Under the pieces are notes generated by a model. It did no database searches. It was not told the origin of the DNA and worked only from the letters and a program-made list of their open reading frames with translations. Below are positions 10,091-20,300 of a DNA stretch of 64,000 nt, piece by piece. Origin of the DNA: a bacterium. GTDB taxonomy: Bacteria > SZUA-182 > DTGQ01. The DNA lies in the NCBI GenBank assembly GCA_040752695.1, contig JBFMGO010000013.1:1-64000 (forward strand). The letters run 5' to 3'. Numbering within the stretch: position 1 is the first letter of the stretch; each line of letters opens with the position of its first letter. The position numbers and the translations under genes were made by a program.

Positions 10091-13000
10091 TTATTGCTTG
10101 CGTGCCAGATCTCCCTGGAAATTGCTGTCTTTGAACTGGTCAGGATTATGATGATCTTTAATGGCATGATTGAGTTTTTCATTTTGCTCTAAAGCCGCTG
10201 ACAGGTCCTGGATAACTCTTTGCAATTGTTCCTGGTACTGTCCATATTCAACCCAATCCCCTTTTTGAAAACTTTTCGAAGCGGCCTGAAAATAATAAGT
10301 AACCATTTTGGCCAGGTCAACGATGGATTGCCCTTTTATCGAGGGCTGGTTCAGGCTTTGCGTGCTATGCGCTACGGGGAGGGAGGATGGCGCTGCGTCG
10401 AAAATCCCCTGGAGAGCTTCAGCGAGTGTTTCTTTCATCTCGATTTTATCGCCATAGGCAACGATTACCCGCTTTAATTCCGGCAGGTTGCTTTGATCAT
10501 TGGCCAAAAGATACACCGGCTCGATGTAAAGAATCGATTTTTCGATAGGAATTACCAGTAAATCCCCTCTGAAGATATCCGATCCCTGCTGGCTCCAGAG
10601 GGTCAATTGGCTGGAAATCTCTGTCTGTTGATCGATACGCGCCTCGATCTGACGAGGGCCGTAGATTAATTTTTCCTTGGAGAATTTATATACCTGCAGC
10701 TTGCCATAATCCGGCCCGTCGCACCGGGCACACATCCAGGCAATCATATTGCTTTTGTTATCAGGGGTAAAAGGTACCATAAGAACGAACTCTTCCTCAT
10801 CACGACCCGGCAATCGCATGGTAACGTAATACCCCCTCATCGGTGATCCTGCCTGCCCCGTGAGCCCTCTTTGCAAGGGCAAATCCCATAAATCTTCCTT
10901 ATTGTAAAAGACCTGAGGATTGCCCATGTGATAGATCCGGTACATATTGGCCTGGATTTTAAACAGATCCCGGGGATAGCGTATATGAGCCCGCAGATCA
11001 TCCGGCATCTCGGTAAAGGGTTTGAAAAGCCGGGGGAATATTTTCCCGTAGGTCTGGATAATCGGATCTGCATCATCCGCGACATAGTAGGTTATTGCTC
11101 CGTTGTAAGCATCGATTACCACTTTTACTGAATTGCGGATATAATTGATCCTTAGCGGCCGGATCTTTGGATTCCCGGCCAGCGTCGGTCCCGTCTGGCT
11201 GGATGAATCTGAAAATAAAGTAACCTGCTCGGAATAGGGATATTTATCGGTAGTGGTATAAGCATCCTGAATCCAGAAGATTCGACCTGTTTTCGATACC
11301 ACGACATAAGGATCCCGATCATACGCCAGAAAAGGAGCCAGGGTTTTAACCCGGTCTTGAATCTGACGGTGAATCAGAATTTGGCTTTCCGGAGTAATGT
11401 AACTGGTGAATAGGATTTTAGGCTCTAAAAATTTAATTGAAAATACCAAGCGATTGAAAAATGAATCGATAGGAATCCCGCCTTTCTCTTCATACTTGGT
11501 GTAAACATTGACATCTCCCTCGGGGTAGTCAAATTCCTGGGATTTCGTGTTGACAATAATAAAATCCCTGGTTATCTCCCCATAATAAATCTCGGGGCGG
11601 GTAATGCCGAGGGGTGTTTGACTCTGCGGAGGGATATCTTTAACAATCAGATTAGGCAGTCCCCGGTCGCTCACACTATTGACCGGGCTCATACACAGGC
11701 CGTAGCCATGAGTATATTTAAAGTATTTATTCTCAAAAGTCTGAGCCTGGTCGGGAAGTTTTTTCTGGTCCAACTCACGGGCGGAAAGCATTATCTGCGT
11801 TTTTTCTCCATTGAGTATGTAGCGGTCCTCATCTACGTTGACAAAACTGTAGTAGAGGCGCATCTCCTGCAATTCACTGTACGTTTGCTTTAATGGATTT
11901 GTATCCCATATTTTTATATTTTTAATGGACAGATAATTATTTTCAATATCTTCTATTGTTAGATTGGTAGTAGCAGGGAATTCTTTCTCTTCAATATTTC
12001 CCAGATTGTATCCGATACGGGTATAGTTAATATTTTTCTCGATATACGGCTCCTCCAGGATTAATTCATTGGGTGCGACGATGAATTTTTGAAATACCCA
12101 GGGATAAAACCTATTTCCCAGAACGGAAAGGCTGAATAAAATGGCCAGACCGATGAGCGGCCATTTCCACCCTTGGGCCGAAGTATTAAACCAGAATAAA
12201 AAAGCGCATACCGCAGCAATAACAATAAAAACCCAATAGGCAATCAATTGAGCATTCATATCCGTATAACCGGCACCAAAAACCACACCACGGGAGGAAT
12301 AAAGAAGTCCAAGTGTTTTTAACCTGCTGTCCCAGGCAATAAGAAGTAAAATAAAACCATTCAGCACCGACAGGTGAGCTCTTGCCCTTCTGGTAATCGT
12401 GAAATTATCTAACTTGAAACTCATGGCTTTGTCTTTTATATAGATAAGACCTACCAGAAAGGTGAGTATGGTCAAGGCACAAAAGAGCCATTTTTGTAAA
12501 AAAATATAAAATGGGTAAGTAAACACGAAAAATCCGATATCTTTCTGAAAAACAGGATCATATTGAGAGAAAGGCACCTTGTGCCAGAATTTTAAAAATG
12601 TATCCCAGTGATAAATAGCTGGCCACATTCCCATTACGATACCGAGGATAATACAGACCGCTATCAGAAATTTATTGACATTTTCCGGTTTAACGGAAAC
12701 GATATGCACACTGTCTATATCCTGTGTTCGGTACGACAGCTTCCACTGATCTTTTGGCGGACCCATTTTCCTGGCCAGATAGACATTAATGATTATAACC
12801 AGGACAAAAGCTCCTCCAAAAAAAAGGCCCAAGCCTAACCTGGTCAGCAGGATTGTCCAAAATACCGTGGAATATTCCAACACCCTGAACCATAAAAATT
12901 CTCCATAGATATCGGCAAATCCTTTAATGACCACCTCAAGCAAGCAATACGCCAAGATCCAGAAAATAATACGGAGAGTAGCCTTCTTATCTATTTTCAT
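10091..13000 (-). CDS. UPF0182 family membrane protein
   Basis: DPVF-x-KDIGFFVF, GAGYTD, APNEL-x-x-E-x-PYI, YTHGYG, PEIYYGE, WIQDAYTT, NYIRNSVKVVIDAY-x-G, HIRYP-x-DLF, YIEPVY motifs; ATG 13000 has an SD. Confidence 0.93.
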   Translation of the reverse strand: MKIDKKATLRIIFWILAYCLLEVVIKGFADIYGEFLWFRVLEYSTVFWTILLTRLGLGLFFGGAFVLVIIINVYLARKMGPPKDQWKLSYRTQDIDSVHIVSVKPENVNKFLIAVCIILGIVMGMWPAIYHWDTFLKFWHKVPFSQYDPVFQKDIGFFVFTYPFYIFLQKWLFCALTILTFLVGLIYIKDKAMSFKLDNFTITRRARAHLSVLNGFILLLIAWDSRLKTLGLLYSSRGVVFGAGYTDMNAQLIAYWVFIVIAAVCAFLFWFNTSAQGWKWPLIGLAILFSLSVLGNRFYPWVFQKFIVAPNELILEEPYIEKNINYTRIGYNLGNIEEKEFPATTNLTIEDIENNYLSIKNIKIWDTNPLKQTYSELQEMRLYYSFVNVDEDRYILNGEKTQIMLSARELDQKKLPDQAQTFENKYFKYTHGYGLCMSPVNSVSDRGLPNLIVKDIPPQSQTPLGITRPEIYYGEITRDFIIVNTKSQEFDYPEGDVNVYTKYEEKGGIPIDSFFNRLVFSIKFLEPKILFTSYITPESQILIHRQIQDRVKTLAPFLAYDRDPYVVVSKTGRIFWIQDAYTTTDKYPYSEQVTLFSDSSSQTGPTLAGNPKIRPLRINYIRNSVKVVIDAYNGAITYYVADDADPIIQTYGKIFPRLFKPFTEMPDDLRAHIRYPRDLFKIQANMYRIYHMGNPQVFYNKEDLWDLPLQRGLTGQAGSPMRGYYVTMRLPGRDEEEFVLMVPFTPDNKSNMIAWMCARCDGPDYGKLQVYKFSKEKLIYGPRQIEARIDQQTEISSQLTLWSQQGSDIFRGDLLVIPIEKSILYIEPVYLLANDQSNLPELKRVIVAYGDKIEMKETLAEALQGIFDAAPSSLPVAHSTQSLNQPSIKGQSIVDLAKMVTYYFQAASKSFQKGDWVEYGQYQEQLQRVIQDLSAALEQNEKLNHAIKDHHNPDQFKDSNFQGDLARKQ

Positions 13001-13196
13001 ACCCCATCCTCGAAATTGTAAAAAGCCCACTTTGAGAGCTTATAATAATATCAATTTTAAGCTATTATAAAACAATCGCTTAAGATAACAGGGAAGATTC
13101 GCAGGTTATTGGATATAGGCGATATCCCTTGGACACGAGTGATATTGAATCGCAGGCGTACGTACACTCAAGCCCCTGTGACCTTATTCATCACAA

Positions 13197-14846
13197 TCAC
13201 TTAATACCCAAAATTGCTTCTCCGATGTTATAAGAGTGATCTCCAATCTTTTCAAAATTAGTTAATATATCTACAAAGATAAATCCTGATACGACATCAC
13301 AGACTCCCTGGTTCAATCTATCGATATGATTACCACTAAATCTATATTTTAGCCTGTTGATTACGGCTTCCCGCCCGAGAGAAGTGGCAGCCAGTTTTTC
13401 ATCTTCCCTTTCTATTGACTCTATGATGTCATTATAAAAGTGGGACGTTTCTTGGTATAGTAATTTGATTTCCTGTAATGCTTCCTGAGTAAAAAATAAA
13501 TTACCGTCTATTTTTTTATTTGCCAATTTAGCTAAATTTTCTGCGTGGTCACCTATGCGTTCAATATCAATAACCATGCGTATTGAAGAGTTGATTTTTT
13601 TTGAGATGTCCGAAGTTATGGGTTCTTGCGACAGTTCTACTAAATAATCAGTAATTTCTTTTTGTAATAAATCAACTATTTCCTCTTTATGATCGATATC
13701 TTGTAGTTTTCCTTTGTCTGTTTGAAAAAGAGCTTCTATTGCCTCATGGATCATCTCTTCAGCAGTTCTAGCCATATGCAATATTTCTTTTTTAACCTGT
13801 TCTAAAGCAATTACCGGTGTTCTTATAAGCCTTTTATCCAGATAATGGGATTGTAATTGAGGGGAGATCGTTTCTTTTTGCGGTATTAAGAAGGTAACGA
13901 CTTTTACGAAATACGAGATGAAAGGTAACAGAATAATGGTATTGATAACATTAAAGAGAGTATGGGCATTTGCTATTTGTCTCGTAACATTCCCGGGCGA
14001 TAGGAATACTATTAATCTTCCATAAGGATTCAATAAGATAAGAGCAATAACGGTCCCCATGATATTAAAAACTGCATGAGCTAAGGCTGTCCTTTTAGCA
14101 GGGACAGAGGCACCGATACTGGCCAGTATCGCAGTTATACAAGTACCGATATTATCCCCTAATAAGATGGGGATGGCTGCATCGATAGTGATTAACTTGC
14201 TGCTTGCCAAAGCCATAAGTAATCCGATTGTGGCGCTGCTGCTTTGAATAATCATCGTAATAATCACGCCGGACAGCACACCCAAAATGGGACCTGAGAC
14301 GGGACTCTTTTTATTGCCAACACTGATAAATATATTGGTTATAACTTCATGACCTCTGAAAAATTTTACAGAATCTACCATGATTTTTAGTCCCAGGAAG
14401 AGAATACCGAAACCGAGAATTATTTCTCCAATGTTTTTATATTTTTTATTTTTTGAAAAAAAGCTTAGTGCAAATCCAATACCAATAGCAGGCAGTGCGA
14501 GATTAGTTAATTTAAAGGCGATAAGCTGGCCGGTGATCGTTGTGCCGATATTGGCTCCCATCACCACTCCTATCGCCTGGTTAAGAGTCATAAGTCCAGC
14601 GTTAACAAAACCCACCAGCATCACAGTAGTAGCACTGCTACTTTGAATAATTGCAGTTATGCAGGTCCCTACCAATACTCCTAATAGGGGTTTATTGGTC
14701 AGCCGGCCAAGGATCTTACGCATTCTGTCCCCTGCCGACTTCTGAAGGCATTCTCCCATGAGATGTATCCCATAGATGAATAATCCGAGTCCACCCATTA
14801 AGCCGAAAATAATTTCCTTAATCATGATATCCTTACTTATGACCAT
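13197..14846 (-). CDS. Na+/Pi cotransporter family protein with C-terminal PhoU-like domains
   Basis: Two IQSSSAT repeats, GANIGTT and GDNIGTC; C-terminal DIERIGDH and FEKIGDH. Confidence 0.95.
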   Translation of the reverse strand: MVISKDIMIKEIIFGLMGGLGLFIYGIHLMGECLQKSAGDRMRKILGRLTNKPLLGVLVGTCITAIIQSSSATTVMLVGFVNAGLMTLNQAIGVVMGANIGTTITGQLIAFKLTNLALPAIGIGFALSFFSKNKKYKNIGEIILGFGILFLGLKIMVDSVKFFRGHEVITNIFISVGNKKSPVSGPILGVLSGVIITMIIQSSSATIGLLMALASSKLITIDAAIPILLGDNIGTCITAILASIGASVPAKRTALAHAVFNIMGTVIALILLNPYGRLIVFLSPGNVTRQIANAHTLFNVINTIILLPFISYFVKVVTFLIPQKETISPQLQSHYLDKRLIRTPVIALEQVKKEILHMARTAEEMIHEAIEALFQTDKGKLQDIDHKEEIVDLLQKEITDYLVELSQEPITSDISKKINSSIRMVIDIERIGDHAENLAKLANKKIDGNLFFTQEALQEIKLLYQETSHFYNDIIESIEREDEKLAATSLGREAVINRLKYRFSGNHIDRLNQGVCDVVSGFIFVDILTNFEKIGDHSYNIGEAILGIK

Positions 14847-14947
14847 TATATCTTTTCAGTTGACCATACTTATGGCCATTGTATCTTTTCACTCCCGGAA
14901 TGATATCTGGAGAGGACTTTTCGTGCCAGAAGCTTGACAAGAGGCTG

Positions 14948-14984
14948 AATCTGCCTGCTCCTTAATGAAGGAAGCAGGCAGATT
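14948..14984. terminator. Stem-loop downstream of the CotH lipoprotein gene (probable terminator)
   Basis: AATCTGCCTGCT ... AGCAGGCAGATT inverted repeat. Confidence 0.55.
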
Positions 14985-15063
14985 ATGAAATCGCGGTTCC
15001 CTATCCTGCGGAGTCCGTATTCTATTTCCATGGAGTATTACATAGTTCTCATTTCCTTCATTC

Positions 15064-17022
15064 TTATCTCATGGGCTGAATTTCAAATATATCAGCTTGT
15101 ATAAAGATCATGCTTTGATTATTTTGAGTAGGCCATCCCCCAAAAGGAGGCTGGAATCCACCTGACGGCGGCTGCAATCCACCTGGCGGGGGCTGCAATC
15201 CACCTGGCGGGGAAAACCCACCCGGCAGCGGTGTTCCATCGGTCGGCAGTTGGAATTCACCTGGTGCAGGTAACTCCGGTGCAGGAAACTCGATGGAAAC
15301 GTCTTTCATCCCGGTCAACTCATCTTCCGGAAAGTCAAATACTGCGGTTATCACAAGTCCATTACGGCTCAGGTCTTTCCCCTCTACCGTTCCAATTTTT
15401 ACGCTCAGCGGCTTTATGTCATCTGCAAACAAGGCCATTGCCTGTTGGTTTAACGTTATCGTCACCGCCACATTCGTTTCGCCTTGTTCCGCATAAGAAG
15501 GAGAGACGTTTTCAATTGCCGATGGCTGAGCCTCGCCCTGCGGAGCAAATCCACCATTGCCCTGGAAGTTACCCGAACCGTCACCGCGTGCCGGTGCCAG
15601 GCCGTTCAACTGGTTGCGGATACTCTCCACCCGCTCCCTGACAAACGTTACAAGGCCAATGACATTGTTCCCTCCCCCTCCCCTGTTAAAGTCACTGTCA
15701 GAAGAAGGATTGGGATTGGCTGACAGATCGCTTACCAGCGCCTGCTCGAACTCTTCGTTGGTGTAGAATTTAGTTGGATCTGCGTATACATACTGACGAA
15801 TCAAATCGGCAGTCTTTTTGATGGTTTTCTCCATCGTATCTGGATCAAGGGGACCATTGATCAATTGGCTGAGATAGCCGTGATAAGCTTCAAGGCTGTC
15901 AGGATTCTCCAGCAGTTTGGCAATCAGTGGCCGGTCACTCAGTTTGCCCATGGTAGGCTCGTCAATCATAAACTCTATTATTCCGGTACGGTTGCCACTC
16001 ATACTGAAGGCGCCGAAAGACATATTTAAATCCCAGGGGATAAGGGTAAAAAGCCCATTTTCTTCGTAGAGATAGTAATTTTGTGCAAAAGACCCCTGAT
16101 AGCTGTCAAGGTTGGTCAAAGCAGTGCTGACAGCAAGATAGCGAAGCATCGCATCGACATTCACTACCTGTTCGTAATCACTGCCATTATCCAACTCATC
16201 GAGCATGGTCAATAGGGCACTGTGATCGCTGGTGTCCTCATTGGTTTTCAACTCCAGCGTTGTATAGCTGTCGATATTGTCTCCCTTCCAGAGTAAATCG
16301 CTCCCCATTTCCGCTTTATACAGGTCGCCGTCGCCCCGCTCAAAATGAGCTTTAACAAATTCATCATCCACCGCTTCCACGGCTGTATAAAGTCCAAGGT
16401 GCTCATTATTTATGGAAAGGTCGATAAAAGCGGTTCGTGGTGTAGGAAGGTCCATAGCCCGCATCAAATCATAGGAGAGATACTCCCTCATAAAGGTCGG
16501 ATCACTAAAGCCGTTGTTAAGGCAGAGCTTCTCAATCCCACGGAGATCCTGTCCCTTAACGTAATGGTTCATATCAATCTTGAAGCTGTAACGATTGGAA
16601 TTCGGATTGCCAGCCACACTCATGAGACTGGATTGTCCCTTGGTTCGAACGGCCACCTTATCGAGCCTGATGCCATTATATACGATATTGCCCTCTTGGT
16701 ATTCCTCTGCCTGTGGATCAGCCAGCATTGCCTGCCATGCCTCATCACTCAGCTCCAACCGGACTTCTACGACTCTGTCAGATAAAAATAGCCCGGTTTC
16801 CACATTTTCCTCTTCCTCTCTTGGATCTTGTTCAATCTCGGAATTAGAATCCAGCCCAGTCTGAGAACTGGATTCTTGTTCAATCTGGAAGCTGGAATCT
16901 GGCTCCGTCTGGGGAACCGTTACCTCGCCATTGTCAAGACATGCTGAGAGGAACAAGGTGCAGACAAATATGGCAATCAATTTGACAGTGTGCTTCAAGT
17001 TTTTATCCACTGGGTACCTCAC
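15064..17022 (-). CDS. CotH-family kinase lipoprotein with a C-terminal Ig-like domain and Pro/Gly loop
   Basis: Lipobox LFLSAC; VRTKGQSS, SFKID, MREYLSY, GLY-x-x-VE-x-VD, NLDSY, NYYLY, IPWDLNMSFG. Confidence 0.92.
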   Translation of the reverse strand: MRYPVDKNLKHTVKLIAIFVCTLFLSACLDNGEVTVPQTEPDSSFQIEQESSSQTGLDSNSEIEQDPREEEENVETGLFLSDRVVEVRLELSDEAWQAMLADPQAEEYQEGNIVYNGIRLDKVAVRTKGQSSLMSVAGNPNSNRYSFKIDMNHYVKGQDLRGIEKLCLNNGFSDPTFMREYLSYDLMRAMDLPTPRTAFIDLSINNEHLGLYTAVEAVDDEFVKAHFERGDGDLYKAEMGSDLLWKGDNIDSYTTLELKTNEDTSDHSALLTMLDELDNGSDYEQVVNVDAMLRYLAVSTALTNLDSYQGSFAQNYYLYEENGLFTLIPWDLNMSFGAFSMSGNRTGIIEFMIDEPTMGKLSDRPLIAKLLENPDSLEAYHGYLSQLINGPLDPDTMEKTIKKTADLIRQYVYADPTKFYTNEEFEQALVSDLSANPNPSSDSDFNRGGGGNNVIGLVTFVRERVESIRNQLNGLAPARGDGSGNFQGNGGFAPQGEAQPSAIENVSPSYAEQGETNVAVTITLNQQAMALFADDIKPLSVKIGTVEGKDLSRNGLVITAVFDFPEDELTGMKDVSIEFPAPELPAPGEFQLPTDGTPLPGGFSPPGGLQPPPGGLQPPSGGFQPPFGGWPTQNNQSMIFIQADIFEIQPMR

Positions 17023-17134
17023 TGTTAAAATAGTTCGTTATTAAGCGTTTGAATGAAACATGGAGATTATCGCCCTGCTTATTACGCACTGCGCCTTTTG
17101 CTGTACAGCTTTTCTGAAATCTTTATCATTAAAC

Positions 17135-17149
17135 TCAAATATCGTGCCA
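17135..17149 (-). promoter_or_regulatory. Putative sigma54 promoter of the CotH lipoprotein gene
   Basis: Minus strand reads TGGCACGATATTTGA. Confidence 0.7.
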
Positions 17150-17215
17150 AGTGTCCCTGCATAATATAAGCTATTGAAAAAATATGCGTATCATAGACTT
17201 GTCATATCCCGATCG

Positions 17216-17259
17216 ATTCGCCCATTCAGTCGGTTTTCAAGACAAGGTGGACGAATGAT
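17216..17259 (-). promoter_or_regulatory. Putative enhancer (UAS), copy 2
   Basis: CGCCCATTCAGTCG at 17219-17232 plus a second half-conserved site 21 bp away; 28/44 identity to 23517-23560 by manual count. Confidence 0.65.
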
Positions 17260-17322
17260 GAGGGAGGTGCGGGAGGCTTATAGTACAGGGATTGGAAGCT
17301 ACACAGGAGAAAACAAAGACAA

Positions 17323-17356
17323 AAGAGGGCACAGTCAGCAGTGACTGTGCCCTCTT
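17323..17356 (-). terminator. Intrinsic terminator of the large CotH gene
   Basis: 15-bp perfect stem AAGAGGGCACAGTCA/TGACTGTGCCCTCTT followed on the minus strand by T-rich sequence. Confidence 0.85.
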
Positions 17357-17377
17357 ATCCAGTTATAACGGTGAATG

Positions 17378-20300
17378 TTAATCCAGACAGCTTGGCTGTG
17401 TTAAATATTTTTTAAAGATACAAAGAGCGTCCGATGGAGTAACACTGCCATCCATGTTTACATCAGCATTATCGGAGCAGGTGGCTAATCCAAGGTAGCA
17501 CTGAAACGCAGCAAGAGAATCTGCCGGAGTAATATTTCCATCTCCGTTAAGATCGCCATTGTTGGGCTGTACAGGGGGATTATTTACATCAGGGCCGGTC
17601 TGGCTTACAAAATTCGAGGAGCCGGGAGTAGCATTTTCAAAAAACACCCAGGATTCACCACCATCATACATCCTCCCTTGAGAAATATTCGTGGTCTGCT
17701 GTTCAAATACCACGGTATCAATGGCCACATTCCCCTTTGCCTCCGTATCGAACAGCCCAATTGCTTCACCGCCCTTGCCGAGTTTGAAGTTAGTATGAGT
17801 ATTGCCCTGCTTTTGATCTTCATCGGCCCAGAAAATCAGATAACCTCTGGCCGGGATGCTGACTCCCTCCGGGATCTGCCACTTGGTCGGATTATTCAGA
17901 TCATCGGTCAGATACATCCCAGCCATAAGTACAGGCGAATCAGCCGGATTATAAATTTCGATCCAATCCTCAAAACTCCCTGGTTCATCAGGGTCTTCGA
18001 TCGTGTTGTCATTGTCAGCCATAAACTCGTTAATAAAGAGTAAAGAAGTTGACCCAACCGGTGGCTGGAGTCCCGCGGTATCACCTGCCAGGATTTCAAA
18101 TGCGGCTGATTTGGTAAAGGTTATACCCTGCCCGCCCTGCATCGTGCCCCCGGCGACTGAAGCCTGAGCACCATCTGGGAATTGAAATCCGGCTGGCGGC
18201 TGGGCGCCGCTTGGAGGCTGAAATCCCGCAGGCGGCTGGATACCGCCCGGAGGCTGGAACCCCGTGGGTAGCTGAGTACCACCTGGAGGCTGGAATCCGG
18301 TCGGTGGCTGCATATCAGTTGGAAACTGAAATCCGGCCGGTGGCTGGATACCGCCTGGCATCTGGCCACCAATAGGCTGTTGAAAGCCACCTGTCCCCGA
18401 TATCTGCGGTGCAGGAAATTCGATGGATACATCCTTCATTCCAGGTGGTTCGTTTCCTGGAATGTCAAATATGGACGTTATCTCCAGTCCATTGCGACTT
18501 GTGTCTTTCCCTGTCAGAGTACCAATCTTCACACTCGATGGCAGTGTATCAGAAGGAAACATGGTAATCATCCGTTGATTTAACGTTATGGTAACCACTA
18601 CACCCATATCACCCTGTTTCGCTTGAAGAGGAGAGATAAGTTCAATCGCTGACGGCGCTTCATTTGCTGACGGCGCTTCGCCTCCGGAAACTGTCCCTGA
18701 TCCAGGATTCTCACCAACGGAACCGTTCCCAGGGTAATGAGAAAGGAGATTATCGCCATTCGGAGTCGGCCAGGGCAATATCTGGAATGGGCCTGTTCCG
18801 TTCGGATTTCTCCCATAGGATACATTCGCCTCTTGTTTTCCAAATGCGACCAGATCGATAAGGTCATTCCCCAACTCGTCCGTATTCACCAGCATGACGC
18901 TTTCCCCATCGGTCGAGAGCTTGAAATTGGCGTGGAGACCAGGCGTATCGTTGTCATCTTCATCCGCCCAGATTATGAGATAAGCTCCGGGGTCCAGTGT
19001 TGTCCCTTGCGGTATTTTCCATTTTCGCGGTGTGTCTTCCGTATCGCTCAGATACATTCCCGAAAGATCTATCCGCTGATCGCCGACATTCAAAAGCTCG
19101 ATCCAATCCTCATACTCTCCCTGCGGGTCCTGGATAGTTGCTTCGTTCTTCGCCATCACCTCATTGATGACAACAGGAGTGTATTCGTCGGTGGCTATGA
19201 ATACACGGTATGCGAATACGCGATCTTCGGCCCCGGATGGCGCAAAGGTGCTGCTTTGAGCGGTATCAGTGGCAGGTGCTCCCTGTGCCGCAGGGGCTCC
19301 CTGGACTATGGAGCCCTGGGAAGCACGGGCTTCAACGTAATAACGGACCAGACTGCCAGCAGGGAAAGGAGGAATTATGCCGCCGAAGATCCCATCGCCC
19401 GCTTCGCCATCTCCATGTGCACCATCATCGAACATGGAAACCTGCACGAATGGACCAGCAACCCCTTGAGCGTAGTGAAGGATCACCTCCAGGCTGCCGC
19501 CCGCTCCTTCAACATCGGCTGTTATTTCTACGGATTGCCAGGAGAAAGGCGACTCACCAGCTTCCGGCGTTATGGTACGGACAACTGAATAAATGTGAGG
19601 AACCTGCCTGTTTATCTCCGCGTAGTTGAGCAGGTAATCCCGGCGATTATTGATAAAATCCTCGATATCCGTGAAACTTGCTTCAAATTGATCATTGGAA
19701 TACAATTTCTTGGTATCCGCCCTGACTTCATCGGCAATCAGTGCCTTATACGCTTCAATTTTCGGTGCGAGGGCGTTCCAATTGAACCATTCGTCTAAAA
19801 TGGTCCTCACGTGTGCCAGGTAACGCTGACGAAACTGAGGGACGGCTAAAAGCCTGCTTATTACAGGCCGGCTTGCACTGTTCGTGCCTTCAACCGGACT
19901 CAGGTTGATAAAACGAGCATCGAAGGTCTCATTGCCATCGTGTTCCAAGGGATGGATTCGACCTGTTTCCACTTCGTAATAGATCTGATAATCCCAGCCC
20001 TTAGTAAGATAGCCATCCTCGTCCGTAAAGATGTTTTCCACTGCCAGAAACCATAGCCATCGATCGACAGCCAGGACAGTGTCCACAACGCCCGGCAGTT
20101 GCTCCAGGGGCGTATTATTCAGGATGTTACAGGTCGTTATCAGGTGCCCCCACGGATCATCTGTTTTCGCTGTCTTTAATTCGTAGGCCCGTTCATATGC
20201 AGTTGTGTCAGTTCCTAACCAACTTAAAGCGCCGTCACTACCACCAAACATCATGATATTACCACCGCCAATTCCACCACCAAACCTTCCACCGGCATCA

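Noticed and set aside
14914..14928. TGGCACG upstream of the Na/Pi gene as a fifth sigma54 promoter
   Set aside because: The -12 region reads GTCC rather than TTG, and no enhancer motif is visible at the expected distance.
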